Origin: Clostridia bacterium
GTDB taxonomy: Bacteria > CBDUZB01 > JAGLHV01
DNA length: 52,207 nt
Assembly (NCBI GenBank): GCA_030637025.1
Contig: DAOVVV010000018.1
Location: forward strand, 1 to 52,207
Reading direction: 5' to 3'
Shown here: positions 36,811 to 47,480 of the stretch, piece by piece
How the letters are laid out: every line of letters starts with the position of its first letter
Position numbering within the stretch: the stretch's first letter is position 1
Made by a program: the position numbers and the translations under genes
Notes under the pieces: generated by a model
Databases searched by the model: none
Seen by the model: only the letters and a program-made list of their open reading frames with translations
Told to the model about the DNA's origin: nothing

Positions 36811-38391
36811 GTGAAAATTTTAGTAAGTGATGCTTTATCGGAAAAAGGATTGGATGCTTTAAAGCAAAATCCGGAATTTAAAGTTGATGTAAAGACAAAA
36901 ATGCCTCTATCAGAACTAATTTCTTCTATTGGAGAATACGATGGATTGTTAATTAGAAGCGGAACGAAAGTTCCCAAGGAAGTAATTAATGCTGCAGATA
37001 AATTGAAAGTTATTGGACGCGCAGGAGTAGGGGTAGATAATATAGATGTAGCTGCTGCCACACGAAAAAGTATTATAGTGATGAATACTCCTTTGGCTAA
37101 TAGTATATCTGCTGCCGAGCACACAATGAGTTTATTGCTGGCATTGGCTAGAAATGTTCCCCAGGCAAGTAATTCCTTGAAGAAAGGGGAATGGAAAAGA
37201 AAAGATTTTATGGGTAGTGAAGTTTTTAATAAAATTCTTGGTATAGTCGGATTGGGGCGTATTGGAACAGAGGTGGCTAAAAGGGCACAAAGTTTTGGGA
37301 TGGAAATCATTGTTTGTGATCCCTTTATTTCTCAGGAATATGCTCAGAAGTTAGGAATAAAATTAGTTGATTTTGATAATTTAATTAAACAGTCAGACTA
37401 TATTACTTTCCATATTCCTTTAACCCCGGAAACAAAACATTTAATTAACAAAGATACTTTTGCTAAAATGAAAAAAGGAGTACGGATTATCAATTGTGCC
37501 CGGGGAGGTATTATTGATGAAGAAGCTTTGGTGTCTGCAGTAAAAGAGGGTATTGTTAAGGGTGCTGCCTTAGATGTATTTGAAAAAGAACCGTTAGGTG
37601 AAAGTCCTTTATTAAATGTAGATAATATAATAATTACTCCTCATTTAGGTGCTTTTACCGAAGAAGCACAGGTTAATGTTTCTGTAGACATTGTTAAGGG
37701 GGTAGTAGATTATCTAAAAAATGCGATTATTAATAATGCCGTAAATGTTCCGGCGGTAGATCCACAGATATTAGAAGAGATTAGGCCTTATTTGGAATTA
37801 GCAGAAAAGCTGGGGAAGTTATCTTCTCAAATTATTGAAGGACGTTTACAAGAAGCAAGTATTCAATATAGTGGCGAAATTATTAATTATAATCTTACTC
37901 CGATAACTGTGGCTTTTACTAAAGGTTTATTAGAGCCAATTCTGGAAGAAGACATAAATTTTGTGAACGCTTCTATTATTGCTCAGGAACGGAAAATAAA
38001 AATAGTGGAAAGCAAGACAAGTCAGGTAGAAAATTTTACTAATCTGGTGAGCATAAAACTTAAAACAGATAAAGGACAAGTTTTAGTCTCCGGAACACTT
38101 TTTAGTAAAAACGATCCTCGTATTGTAGAGATAAATAATTTTCGTTTGGACGCAGCTATTGAAGGTTTTATGCTTGTTTGTTCCAACCTGGATAAACCAG
38201 GTGTAGTTGGACATATTGGAAACATTTTAGGAGAAAATCAGATTAATATTTCCAGCATGCAAGTGGGAAGGAAAAAAGTTAAAGGACAAGCGATTACGGT
38301 AGTAAATGTGGAAAATTCTATTTCTAATGATGTTTTAGAAAAGTTAAAAAAACATGATAAAATAACAGATGTTAAAATGGTTAAATTATAA
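36811..38391 (+). CDS. serA: D-3-phosphoglycerate dehydrogenase (ASB + ACT type)
   Basis: GRAGVGVDNID, GLGRIG, INCARGG, TPHLGA motifs; C-terminal ACT domain (NLDKPGVVG). Confidence 0.96.
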   Translation: MKILVSDALSEKGLDALKQNPEFKVDVKTKMPLSELISSIGEYDGLLIRSGTKVPKEVINAADKLKVIGRAGVGVDNIDVAAATRKSIIVMNTPLANSISAAEHTMSLLLALARNVPQASNSLKKGEWKRKDFMGSEVFNKILGIVGLGRIGTEVAKRAQSFGMEIIVCDPFISQEYAQKLGIKLVDFDNLIKQSDYITFHIPLTPETKHLINKDTFAKMKKGVRIINCARGGIIDEEALVSAVKEGIVKGAALDVFEKEPLGESPLLNVDNIIITPHLGAFTEEAQVNVSVDIVKGVVDYLKNAIINNAVNVPAVDPQILEEIRPYLELAEKLGKLSSQIIEGRLQEASIQYSGEIINYNLTPITVAFTKGLLEPILEEDINFVNASIIAQERKIKIVESKTSQVENFTNLVSIKLKTDKGQVLVSGTLFSKNDPRIVEINNFRLDAAIEGFMLVCSNLDKPGVVGHIGNILGENQINISSMQVGRKKVKGQAITVVNVENSISNDVLEKLKKHDKITDVKMVKL

Positions 38392-38393
38392 AA

Positions 38394-39119
38394 GTGAAAA
38401 TTGTTAAAGTAGAAAATGTAAGTAAAGTTTATATTAGAAAATATTTATGCAAGGTCCAAAAGAAAGTAGCTTTAAAAGGTTTAAATTTGGAGATAGCAGA
38501 AAAGCAGGTTTTCGGGCTTTTAGGTTTGAATGGCTCGGGAAAAACAACGACAATTAAACTTTTATTAGGGCTGCTTTTTCCTAACAAAGGTAACCTTTTT
38601 ATTTTTGATAAAAAAATTCCTAATTTGGAAATAAGAAAAAAAATAGGTTATCTTCCTGAAGCGTCCTATTTTTTTAAATATTTAACGGCAAAAGAATTGC
38701 TTTTTTTTTATGCTGAATTATCTTCCCTTACCGGTAAGGAAAAACAAAAAAGAGTAGATTGGGTTTTAGAATTTGTAGAATTAAAAGAGGCCGAAAAGGT
38801 GCGGTTAGCTGATTTTTCTAAGGGGATGTTGCAGAGGATAGCTATGGCGCAAGCTTTATTACATAATCCGGAGTTGTTGTTTTTAGATGAACCAACAGGA
38901 GGATTAGACCCGGTAGGTATTAAGAAAATGCGGGAATTGATTTTAAGATTAAGAGACGAAAGAAAAACAGTGTTTTTTAGTTCCCATTTTATTAACGAAG
39001 TAGAAAAGGTTTGCAATTATGTAGGGATTTTACATAAAGGTGAATTAAAAAAAACACTGGAAGTGCCTGGATTAAATGGGAGGTTAGAAGATATATTTAT
39101 TCAGACAATTTCAGAATAA
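38394..39119 (+). CDS. ABC transporter ATP-binding protein (PilH-like)
   Basis: GLNGSGKTT, FSKGMLQR signature, LDEP, SSH. Confidence 0.93.
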   Translation: MKIVKVENVSKVYIRKYLCKVQKKVALKGLNLEIAEKQVFGLLGLNGSGKTTTIKLLLGLLFPNKGNLFIFDKKIPNLEIRKKIGYLPEASYFFKYLTAKELLFFYAELSSLTGKEKQKRVDWVLEFVELKEAEKVRLADFSKGMLQRIAMAQALLHNPELLFLDEPTGGLDPVGIKKMRELILRLRDERKTVFFSSHFINEVEKVCNYVGILHKGELKKTLEVPGLNGRLEDIFIQTISE

Positions 39120-39145
39120 CTAAAAGGTAAAAAAAAGAGAGCACA

Positions 39146-39916
39146 ATGAGAAAATTATGTGTAATTGCTTATTATACAGCTATAGAAAGTATTAGAAATA
39201 AGGTTTTTTATATCAATTTGCTGTTTGCTTTAATCGTTATCGGAAGTTCGGTTATTTTTTCACAAATTAGTGGAGAGGTTGCCGGCCGGGTTATTATGGA
39301 TGTTAGTTTGGGGGCGATAGAATTATTTGCTTTGCTTATTGCTATTTTTGGAGTGACGCGGTTGGTTGTTCAGGAAATAGAAAATAAAACTATCAGCGTT
39401 GTTTTAAGCAAGCCGATTAAACGGTCCGTTTATCTTTTAGGTAAGTATATCGGAATATCCGGAATTGTTATGTTGAATATATTAATTATGTTTATGGGAA
39501 TGTTGATTCTTCTTTTTATTCGAGGGGAGGCAAGTGGGTTTCATTCACTTGTTTTAGCGGTTAGTTTTATTTATTTAAAAATGTTATTAATTATGGCAAT
39601 AGGCCTTTTTTTTTCTTTAGTTACCAGTTCCTCTCTTACTACTATTACTCTTACTTTTTTAGTTTGGGGTTTAGGACATCTTACTAATGAAATAAATTTT
39701 TTGAGTGAAAAAATGGCTGCCCCTTTAAGTAGTTTTTTGATAAAGGGGATTTATTACATTATTCCCAATTTTCAATATTTTAATTTTAAAGATTTTTTGG
39801 AATGTTCTTTCCTTTTTTCGAAAACAAATATTTTTTTTATAACAATTTATGGTGTAACATATTCGACGATATTAATTTATTTTTCTATGTTGCTTTTTTC
39901 CCGCAGAGAAATTTGA
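39146..39916 (+). CDS. ABC-2-type permease (PilI-like)
   Basis: About six TM helices; EIENKTISVVLSKPIKRSVYLLGKY; C-terminal FSRREI. Confidence 0.88.
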   Translation: MRKLCVIAYYTAIESIRNKVFYINLLFALIVIGSSVIFSQISGEVAGRVIMDVSLGAIELFALLIAIFGVTRLVVQEIENKTISVVLSKPIKRSVYLLGKYIGISGIVMLNILIMFMGMLILLFIRGEASGFHSLVLAVSFIYLKMLLIMAIGLFFSLVTSSSLTTITLTFLVWGLGHLTNEINFLSEKMAAPLSSFLIKGIYYIIPNFQYFNFKDFLECSFLFSKTNIFFITIYGVTYSTILIYFSMLLFSRREI

Positions 39917-39971
39917 TTAGTGATTGCCGGTTAAAATGAGATTTGTGGTTAACTTTTAGTATGGAAAGAAA

Positions 39972-40667
39972 ATGAAAATAAAAGGGTATATAAATAATAA
40001 GATTTGTTTTATATTGCTTTTAGTCGGAATATTGGTTTTAACACAAATTAAATTAGAAAAAAAATTCGTTTATCCTTTTCCCTGTATAAGTAATTTAAGT
40101 TTAGAAGAAGCAAGTTTCTTGAATTTTTGGGGAGTACTTTTGGGTTTTAGACGTCTTTCGGCTGATTTAGTCTGGATAAAAATGTTACAATACTATGGTA
40201 CGCGTAAAGAAGGTGATGATGCGCTTAGTAAAAAAAAATATGTCGGCGTAGAAAAAGAAGAGTATAAAAAACTGTTTCCTTTTTTTCAAGCAGTAGTAAA
40301 ACTAGATCCTTTTTTTTGTTTTGCTTATTTATATGGTAGTGGAATATTAGCTTATAACCATGAACGTTATGATGAAGCAGTTAGTTTATTGGAAGAAGGC
40401 ATTGCTAATAATCCTAAGTATTGGGAATTTAATTTTTATTTGGCAGCTATTGGTTATAAAATAAAAAAACAAGAAAAAAAAGTAATTTATCTTCTGGAAA
40501 AAATAGTAGGGTATCCTGATTGTCCGGTAATGATTAAAAGTGTTTTGGCTCAGTTGTATGAAAAAAAATTGCAACATATTAAAGCCGGATTAATTTGGGA
40601 AAACATTTTAAGAACAAGTAATGATAAAGGATATAGAAAAAAAGCAGAAAAACATTTACAATATTAA
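39972..40667 (+). CDS. Membrane-anchored TPR-like protein (PilG-like)
   Basis: N-terminal TM; ADLVWIKMLQYYG..LDPFF..A..LLEEGIANNP.YW pattern; follows the ABC pair. Confidence 0.65.
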   Translation: MKIKGYINNKICFILLLVGILVLTQIKLEKKFVYPFPCISNLSLEEASFLNFWGVLLGFRRLSADLVWIKMLQYYGTRKEGDDALSKKKYVGVEKEEYKKLFPFFQAVVKLDPFFCFAYLYGSGILAYNHERYDEAVSLLEEGIANNPKYWEFNFYLAAIGYKIKKQEKKVIYLLEKIVGYPDCPVMIKSVLAQLYEKKLQHIKAGLIWENILRTSNDKGYRKKAEKHLQY

Positions 40668-40683
40668 AAAATAGTGGTATAAT
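40655..40683 (+). promoter_or_regulatory. Sigma70 promoter for tRNA-Lys/tRNA-Glu
   Basis: TTTACA-17-TATAAT with extended TG. Confidence 0.65.
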
Positions 40684-40719
40684 AAAAAAATAATTTTTGG
40701 AATTATTATTATAAAAAAT

Positions 40720-40795
40720 GGGCCCGTAGCTCAGCTGGCAGAGCATCTGCCTTTTAAGTAGAGGGTCGCGCGTTCGATCCGCGCCGGGCTCACCA
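40720..40795 (+). tRNA. tRNA-Lys (TTT)
   Basis: GGGCCCG...CGGGCTC-A-CCA; loop CT-TTT-AA. Confidence 0.96.
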
Positions 40796-40801
40796 TATAA
40801 T

Positions 40802-40876
40802 GGCTCCATCGTCTAGCGGTTAGGACACAGCCCTTTCAAGGCTGCGACGGGGGTTCGATTCCCCCTGGGGCTACCA
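40802..40876 (+). tRNA. tRNA-Glu (TTC)
   Basis: GGCTCCA...TGGGGCT-A-CCA; CAGCC-CTTTCAA-GGCTG. Confidence 0.96.
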
Positions 40877-40883
40877 AATAAAT

Positions 40884-40934
40884 AGGGGTCAGGTTTACGT
40901 TTTTAATGTATTTAAAAATGTAAACCTGACCCCT
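40884..40934. repeat. 23-bp inverted repeat (GGGGTCAG...CTGACCCC REP/MITE-like hairpin)
   Basis: AGGGGTCAGGTTTACGTTTTTAA-TGTAT-TTAAAAATGTAAACCTGACCCCT; one G:T pair. Confidence 0.85.
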
Positions 40935-41128
40935 TTATGTTTATGAGAGTAAATGTGTGCAACAGGATATCCGAAGGCAGGGATGGGGGTAGATACCTTA
41001 ATTTTGATAGCAGCTGTGTGCCTGAAACAAACGACAATAATTTTGGTGATAAAAATTATTGTTAAGGAAAATGTCTGATTTTTTGTCTTTATATTTTTCA
41101 TGATATTTTATATAATAATATAAGTGGT

Positions 41129-41166
41129 AAACCTTTCTAAACGGTATAGAAAGGTTTTTGTTTTTT
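41129..41166 (+). terminator. Rho-independent terminator-like hairpin
   Basis: AAACCTTTCTA-AACGGTA-TAGAAAGGTTT followed by a T-rich tract. Confidence 0.7.
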
Positions 41167-41253
41167 GTTTGTGCTGATAGACTCTTTTTGTATTTATGTT
41201 TACATTATTCCATATTATTTGCCATGGTCTAAAATTTTGTTTACCTGAAAATA

Positions 41254-42711
41254 ATGTTTATTACGGAAAACAATTATAAATTTTTATACAGGAAAATAAG
41301 AATGTTTATAGAAAAACTCAAGAAAACAATTATGAAATATAAAATGATAGAAAAAAAGGATAAAATCATTGTTGGGCTTTCCGGTGGCCCGGATTCTGTG
41401 TGTCTTGCCCATGTTTTGTCTGAATGGAAAGAAAAATTACATTTGAAATTGTATTTTGCCCATTTTAATCATTGTTTAAGAGGAGAGGAATCAGAAAAAG
41501 AAGTTTTGTGGGTAAAAAAATTTGCCCAAAAATTAAAAATTCCTTTAATTATTAAAAAAAAGAATGTATTTGCTTTTAGTAAAAAAAATAAATTGGGAAA
41601 AGAAGAAGCAGCACGAATTTTGCGCTATAATTTTTTTGAAGAATTAAGCAAGAAAAAAAAAGCTAATAAGATTGCTTTAGGGCATAATGCCGATGATCAG
41701 GCAGAGACAATTTTGATGTGGTTAATTAGAGGAGCGGGGAAGGCTGGATTTTCCGGAATACCCCCCAAACGACTTTTATCTTTAAACGAAAAAAAACCAA
41801 TGATTATTCGTCCTTTGATTGAAATCAAGAGAAAAGAAATTGAAGCATATTTAAGAAAGAAAAGTCTTTACTATTGTATTGATTCCAGTAATTTAAAACC
41901 TGTTTATTTGCGCAATAAAATTCGTTTGGAACTCTTACCTTATTTGGGAAAATATAATCCCCGTATAAGAGAACATTTAATTCATTGGGCAGAGATTTTT
42001 AGGGAAGAGGAACTTTATTTACAAGGGGTCACAGATAAATTAATAAAAGAGGCAGTAATTAAAAAGAAAAAGGGTGAAATTTTACTTGATTTAAAAAAAA
42101 TATTAGGTTACAATACTAGTTTACAAAGAAGAATTTTTTTAAAAGTGCTAAAAAAGAAGGTAAATTTTGAAAATATTGAACTAATTTTGGATTTAATACG
42201 TAAACCCGTAAGGGAAAAGCAGATTTTTTTGGCTGAGGATTTGTGGATAAAAAAGGAGAAAAAAACCTTAATAATAGGAGAAAGTAAAGGTTTTATTAGG
42301 AATAAAGAATTTTGTTGTAAATTGAAAGTTCCGGGCGAAACAAAGATTACCTCAGCAAGATGTTCTTTAATTGTTAGAATTTATCCTTTAAAAAACAATA
42401 TTCCCATTTTTATTGGACGGAAAGAAAAAGATTTTTGTTTATTTGATTGGGATATATTAAGAAAAAAAGAATTATGGGTTAGAAATCGTAAAGAAGGGGA
42501 TAGATTTAGACCTTTTGGAATGCAGGGAACAAAGAAAATAAAGGATTTTTTTATCGATGAAAAAATTTTTTCCGGGGAAAAAGATTTAATTCCTTTACTT
42601 GTTGCCGAAAAAGAAATAATTTGGGTGGGGGGATTGCGGAGAGCGGATAAAGCAAAAATAACAAAAAAAACAAAAAATATAATGGAAGTTAAAATTAAAC
42701 GATGGATATGA
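41254..42711 (+). CDS. tilS: tRNA(Ile)-lysidine synthetase
   Basis: SGGPDS PP-loop, ARILRY, GHNADDQAET, IRPL, DSSN, RNKIR motifs; the start may be ATG 41302. Confidence 0.96.
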   Translation: MFITENNYKFLYRKIRMFIEKLKKTIMKYKMIEKKDKIIVGLSGGPDSVCLAHVLSEWKEKLHLKLYFAHFNHCLRGEESEKEVLWVKKFAQKLKIPLIIKKKNVFAFSKKNKLGKEEAARILRYNFFEELSKKKKANKIALGHNADDQAETILMWLIRGAGKAGFSGIPPKRLLSLNEKKPMIIRPLIEIKRKEIEAYLRKKSLYYCIDSSNLKPVYLRNKIRLELLPYLGKYNPRIREHLIHWAEIFREEELYLQGVTDKLIKEAVIKKKKGEILLDLKKILGYNTSLQRRIFLKVLKKKVNFENIELILDLIRKPVREKQIFLAEDLWIKKEKKTLIIGESKGFIRNKEFCCKLKVPGETKITSARCSLIVRIYPLKNNIPIFIGRKEKDFCLFDWDILRKKELWVRNRKEGDRFRPFGMQGTKKIKDFFIDEKIFSGEKDLIPLLVAEKEIIWVGGLRRADKAKITKKTKNIMEVKIKRWI

Positions 42712-42718
42712 GGGGGAA

Positions 42719-44605
42719 ATGTTGAATAAGTTTTTAAAGGGAGTATCTTTATGGTTAGTTATTATAATTATTGCTATTTGGTTGGCTAATATAATTGGCA
42801 AACCGGGGAAAGAGGAAAAACTTACTTATAGTGAGTTTAAGAATACAATAAAGATAGGCAAATTGATAGAATGTTCTATCAAAGAAGATAGCATAACGGG
42901 GTTTTATCAGGATGGAGATAAAAAGCAAAAATTTAAAACAGTTCCTTTAGTGGATGCTAAATTAATTGAAGAATTAGAAGCGGCAGGGGTGAAATACGAA
43001 GGGGCAAAGAGAAATTGGCTGGGGGTATTGTTTTTTAGTTTTGGTCCGATTTTACTTTTTATGCTTTTCTGGATTTTTCTTATGCGTCAGGCTCAAGGAG
43101 GAGGAAAGCAAGCCCTTACCTTTGGAAGAAGCCGGGCGCGATTGCAATCTCCAAGTACCAAGAAAAAAATTACTTTTAAGGATGTTGCCGGGTGTGATGA
43201 AGTTAAAGAAGAATTACAGGAAATTATATCTTTTCTGAAAGAACCTAAAAAGTTTCAAAAATTGGGGGGTAAAATTCCTAAAGGGGTTCTTTTGTTTGGG
43301 GCACCGGGAACAGGTAAGACCTTATTAGCTAAAGCGGTAGCGGGAGAGGCAAGTGTTCCTTTTTTTTCCTGCAGTGGTTCTGAATTTGTAGAAATGTTTG
43401 TAGGAGTAGGTGCTTCCAGAGTGAGAGACCTTTTTGAACGGGGCAGAAAAAATGCTCCCTGTCTTCTTTTTGTGGATGAAATTGATGCTGTAGGAAGACA
43501 TCGGTTTTCCGGTATAGGAGGGGGGCATGATGAAAGAGAGCAGACTTTAAATCAGTTATTAGTGGAAATGGATGGATTTGATACCACAGAAGGAGTTATT
43601 CTTATTGCCGCAACTAATCGCCCTGATGTTTTGGATCCTGCTCTTTTAAGGCCGGGACGATTTGACCGGCAAGTTATAATACCTAACCCGGATTTAAGAG
43701 GAAGAGAAGAGATTTTGAAGGTGCATGCCCGGAATATAAAAATGTCGTCCGATGTAAATATGAAAGTTATTGCCCAAAGAACGGTAGGTTTTGTGGGTTC
43801 TGATTTAGCTAATGTAGTTAATGAAGCAGCTTTGCTGGCAGCCAGAAAAGATAAAAAGTCAGTGGGAACGGATGACTTAGAAGAAGCTATAGATCGGGTT
43901 ATTGCCGGTCCTGAAAGAAAAAGCAGAGTGATTTCTGAAAAGGAAAAGAAAATTATTGCTATTCATGAAGCAGGGCACGCTTTAATTGTTAAATTTGTTT
44001 TAGGTACGCATAAATTGCATAAGATTTCTATTATTCCCAGAGGTCCGGCTTTAGGTTACACTATGCCGTTACCCGTAGAAGATAGATATTTAAAGACGAA
44101 AAGCGAATTTTTAGATGAGATAACTACTGATTTAGGTGGACGGGTAGCAGAGGAAGAATTTTTTAGTGAAATAACTAATGGAGACTCAAGTGATTTGTTA
44201 CAAGCTACAAAACGGGCCAGTAAAATGGTTCGTGATTTGGGAATGAGTGAAAAGATAGGGCCTTTGGTTTTTAAGCAAAGTCAGGGAGATGTTTTTTTAG
44301 GAAGGGATATAGCACAAAGAAAAGAGTATAGTGAGAGAACCGCTGAAATTATAGATAGTGAGGTTAAAAAAATTATAGATGAATGTTACAATCGCGCTAA
44401 AGTTTTGATAAAAGAACATAAAAATCTGGTAAAAAGAATAGCAGATGCCGTTTTAGAGAAAGAAGTTTTAGAGGGGAGTGAATTAGAAAAAATATTTGAT
44501 CCGCAAGAAAAAAAAGATAATCGGAACGAAAAAGAAAATAAAAAAGAGAAAATAGCAAAAAAAGAAGATAAAATAAAAAAAACGAAAGAAGAAAAGAAGG
44601 GTTAG
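42719..44605 (+). CDS. ftsH: ATP-dependent zinc metalloprotease FtsH
   Basis: Two TM helices; [41 protein letters not shown]. Confidence 0.98.
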   Translation: MLNKFLKGVSLWLVIIIIAIWLANIIGKPGKEEKLTYSEFKNTIKIGKLIECSIKEDSITGFYQDGDKKQKFKTVPLVDAKLIEELEAAGVKYEGAKRNWLGVLFFSFGPILLFMLFWIFLMRQAQGGGKQALTFGRSRARLQSPSTKKKITFKDVAGCDEVKEELQEIISFLKEPKKFQKLGGKIPKGVLLFGAPGTGKTLLAKAVAGEASVPFFSCSGSEFVEMFVGVGASRVRDLFERGRKNAPCLLFVDEIDAVGRHRFSGIGGGHDEREQTLNQLLVEMDGFDTTEGVILIAATNRPDVLDPALLRPGRFDRQVIIPNPDLRGREEILKVHARNIKMSSDVNMKVIAQRTVGFVGSDLANVVNEAALLAARKDKKSVGTDDLEEAIDRVIAGPERKSRVISEKEKKIIAIHEAGHALIVKFVLGTHKLHKISIIPRGPALGYTMPLPVEDRYLKTKSEFLDEITTDLGGRVAEEEFFSEITNGDSSDLLQATKRASKMVRDLGMSEKIGPLVFKQSQGDVFLGRDIAQRKEYSERTAEIIDSEVKKIIDECYNRAKVLIKEHKNLVKRIADAVLEKEVLEGSELEKIFDPQEKKDNRNEKENKKEKIAKKEDKIKKTKEEKKG

Positions 44606-44658
44606 ATCTTTTCGTAAGGGATATATTTTTTATAAATTAGATAATTCGGAAGGTTTTT

Positions 44659-45234
44659 ATGGATAAAAAAAAGATTGAAAAAGCGGTAGAAATGCTTTTG
44701 GAAGCTATAGGTGAAGATGTTACCCGGGAAGGTTTAAAGGATACTCCCAGAAGGGTAGCTGCAATGTACGAAGAAATTTTTGCCGGGATACAAAAAAACC
44801 CTTTGGAGGAATTACAACTTTATTATGAAGAAGAAAACTATGAGGAGATTGTTTTAGTTAAAAACATTCCTTTGTATTCAATGTGTGAACATCATCTTAT
44901 TCCCTTTTTCGGCCGGGCGCATGTTGCTTATTTACCGGCTAAGGGAAGAATTACCGGGCTTTCTAAGATTGTTCGGGTGGTTGATATAATTGCCCGGCGT
45001 CCACAATTACAGGAAAGATTAACTAAACAAATAGCAGATTGTATAATGCAGGCAGTAAAACCTCAGGGGGTTTTAGTTATTATAGAAGCAGAACATTTTT
45101 GTATTACTATGCGTGGAATAAAAAAAAGTGGTGCTCAGACAGTTACTTCGGCAATGAGGGGTGTTTTTCTAAAAGATGCCCGAACCAGAGCGGAAGCTAT
45201 TGCCTTGATTAAAGATAAGGGATATAATATTTAG
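44659..45234 (+). CDS. folE: GTP cyclohydrolase I
   Basis: [39 protein letters not shown] motifs. Confidence 0.97.
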   Translation: MDKKKIEKAVEMLLEAIGEDVTREGLKDTPRRVAAMYEEIFAGIQKNPLEELQLYYEEENYEEIVLVKNIPLYSMCEHHLIPFFGRAHVAYLPAKGRITGLSKIVRVVDIIARRPQLQERLTKQIADCIMQAVKPQGVLVIIEAEHFCITMRGIKKSGAQTVTSAMRGVFLKDARTRAEAIALIKDKGYNI

Positions 45235-45294
45235 ATCGGTTTCATAATATTATTTTAATGTCTATTTTTTGTTGAAGGGTAAAGGGATAATAAG

Positions 45295-46491
45295 ATGGTC
45301 ATGAGAGTAATTGAAAAAAATACTTTAAAAAGTATTAAGGCGGAAATGGAAAAAATAGGGGTTAATGCTAAAGGCATAGAATTAATGCTAAAAAAAGGCA
45401 TTTTTAAATTAATAAAAATAGATAAAATAAATAATAAAGCAGCTAATTTATTAAAACAGGAAATGCTGGTAAAAGGTGGAGAAGCAGCTATAAATTACAA
45501 GGTAGCCGATTTTAAGGAAGGTTATACAGATGTTCTTTTAATGGGGACGTTAGAACAATATAGTCAACTGGTTAATCATTTAATAGAACAGCCCTTTGGT
45601 TTAAAAGAAGTAGCCAAACAAATAGATGTTGTTTTAAATAATTCGTCTGAAAGAAATTTTAAAATAAAATGTGGTGGATATTTGCTCGATTTTAATAAAA
45701 AAACTTATATCATGGGTGTTTTAAATATTACCCCTGATTCTTTTTCTGATGGAGGCAAGTATTATACTAATTGCGATAAAGCCATATTTTGTGCTCAACA
45801 AATGGCCGAAGAGGGAGTGGATATCATTGATATAGGAGGTGAATCTTCCCGTCCCGGTGCCATCCCTATTTCAGAAGAAGAAGAAAAAAAGAGAATACTT
45901 CCCATAATAAAGAAGCTAACTAAAAAGATAAAGATTCCTATCTCTATTGATACCTATAAGCCGGGTGTTGCCAGGGCAGCAATTATGGAAGGAGCAAGTT
46001 TAATAAACGATATTTCCGGGTTACAGGATGAAGAAATGATAAAGGTAATAAATGAATTTAATGTGCCGGTAATAATTATGCATATGCAGGGTAGTCCACA
46101 ATGTATGCAGGAAAATCCCCAATATAAAGAAGTAATAAGTGATATAATTTCTTTTTTTCAGGAGCGTATTCAACGGGCAGAAAATAATGGTATAAGTAAA
46201 GAAAATCTTATTTTGGATCCGGGGATTGGTTTTGGAAAAACAACGAAACATAATTTAGAAATTTTAAGAAGATTGGAAGAATTTAAAATATTAGGTTGTC
46301 CTCTTTTAATAGGAACTTCACGAAAACGATTTATTGGTGATATTTTAGAATTACCTGTCGGTCAGAGATTAGAGGGTTCATTGGCTACCTGTTTGTGGAG
46401 CATATTTAAAGGTATAAATATTTTACGGGTACACGATGTTTTATCAACTGTACGGGCAGTAAGAATGGTAGATGCAATTTTATATGGATGA
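45295..46491 (+). CDS. folP: Dihydropteroate synthase with ~130-aa N-terminal extension
   Basis: MGVLNITPDSFSDGG, GGESSRPG, DPGIGFGK, GTSRKRF, RVHDV motifs. Confidence 0.96.
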   Translation: MVMRVIEKNTLKSIKAEMEKIGVNAKGIELMLKKGIFKLIKIDKINNKAANLLKQEMLVKGGEAAINYKVADFKEGYTDVLLMGTLEQYSQLVNHLIEQPFGLKEVAKQIDVVLNNSSERNFKIKCGGYLLDFNKKTYIMGVLNITPDSFSDGGKYYTNCDKAIFCAQQMAEEGVDIIDIGGESSRPGAIPISEEEEKKRILPIIKKLTKKIKIPISIDTYKPGVARAAIMEGASLINDISGLQDEEMIKVINEFNVPVIIMHMQGSPQCMQENPQYKEVISDIISFFQERIQRAENNGISKENLILDPGIGFGKTTKHNLEILRRLEEFKILGCPLLIGTSRKRFIGDILELPVGQRLEGSLATCLWSIFKGINILRVHDVLSTVRAVRMVDAILYG

Positions 46492-46526
46492 AATTTAAAA
46501 CTGATAAATAACGAAGGATAACGGTT

Positions 46527-47330
46527 ATGGGGAAAATTTTAAGTTTTGCGCAAAACTTATGGCAAGGGTATCTGGTTAATATTTTAGATATTATAATTGT
46601 AGGATATATTTTTTATAGAATACTTTTATTGATTAAAGGTACGAGGGCTTTTCAGGTATTAAGAGGGATTCTTATTTTAGTGGGAATTACTGTAATTGCA
46701 GATTCTCTTCATTTTACGGTATTATCCTGGCTTTTAACCAGGTTTTGGCTGGCAGGGGTAATAGCTCTGGTAATTGTTTTTCAGCCGGAATTACGGAGAG
46801 TTTTAGCTCAATTGGGAGGAAGTAGATTATCAAGAATATTCTTAAAAGATGATGTTGCTTTTGTTGAGGAAATTATAAAAAGTATAAAAGCTATTATATC
46901 CCGGGACTGGGGAGCTTTGATTGTTTTAGAACAACAGACCGGGTTGAAGAATTTTGTTGAAACAGGGGTTATAATTAATGGTGAAATTTCTAAGGAATTG
47001 ATTTGTTCCGTATTTAATCCTGATTCACCGTTACATGATGGGGCAGTGATTATTCGGAACGATCAAATTATAGCAGCCGGTTGCATTCTTCCTCTTTCTC
47101 AAGAACGAAATATAAGCAGGATTTTAGGAACACGTCATCGAGCAGGTGTGGGGTTAACTGAGGTTTCTGATGCCTGGGTGATTATGGTTTCTGAGGAAAC
47201 AAGATTGGTTTCTTTAGCCAGAGAAGGAAGGTTAGAAAGAGGAATAGAAATAGATGAATTGAAAAAATTACTTAGACAAAATTATAAGTCAAGATATCGA
47301 GAATATCCTTTCTTAAAAAAAGTGATATAA
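46527..47330 (+). CDS. cdaA: Diadenylate cyclase CdaA/DacA
   Basis: Three N-terminal TM helices; FQPELRR; SPLHDGA; GTRHRA; VSEET. Confidence 0.96.
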   Translation: MGKILSFAQNLWQGYLVNILDIIIVGYIFYRILLLIKGTRAFQVLRGILILVGITVIADSLHFTVLSWLLTRFWLAGVIALVIVFQPELRRVLAQLGGSRLSRIFLKDDVAFVEEIIKSIKAIISRDWGALIVLEQQTGLKNFVETGVIINGEISKELICSVFNPDSPLHDGAVIIRNDQIIAAGCILPLSQERNISRILGTRHRAGVGLTEVSDAWVIMVSEETRLVSLAREGRLERGIEIDELKKLLRQNYKSRYREYPFLKKVI

Positions 47331-47480
47331 CTCTTTTTGTTGTACTTCAAAAGTTTATTAAAAAATTAGATTTTTTTAAGTATAATATTTTATAGTTATT
47401 GATAATTAAAAAGGAAGATAAATTTAAGATATTAAGTAATTTTTTATTTGTAGAATTTTCGTTGAGGATGGTGTTAGGAA

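Noticed and set aside
40943-41101. Small ORFs on both strands after tRNA-Glu
   Set aside because: No convincing SD, no recognisable motif, and several overlapping frames are equally plausible.
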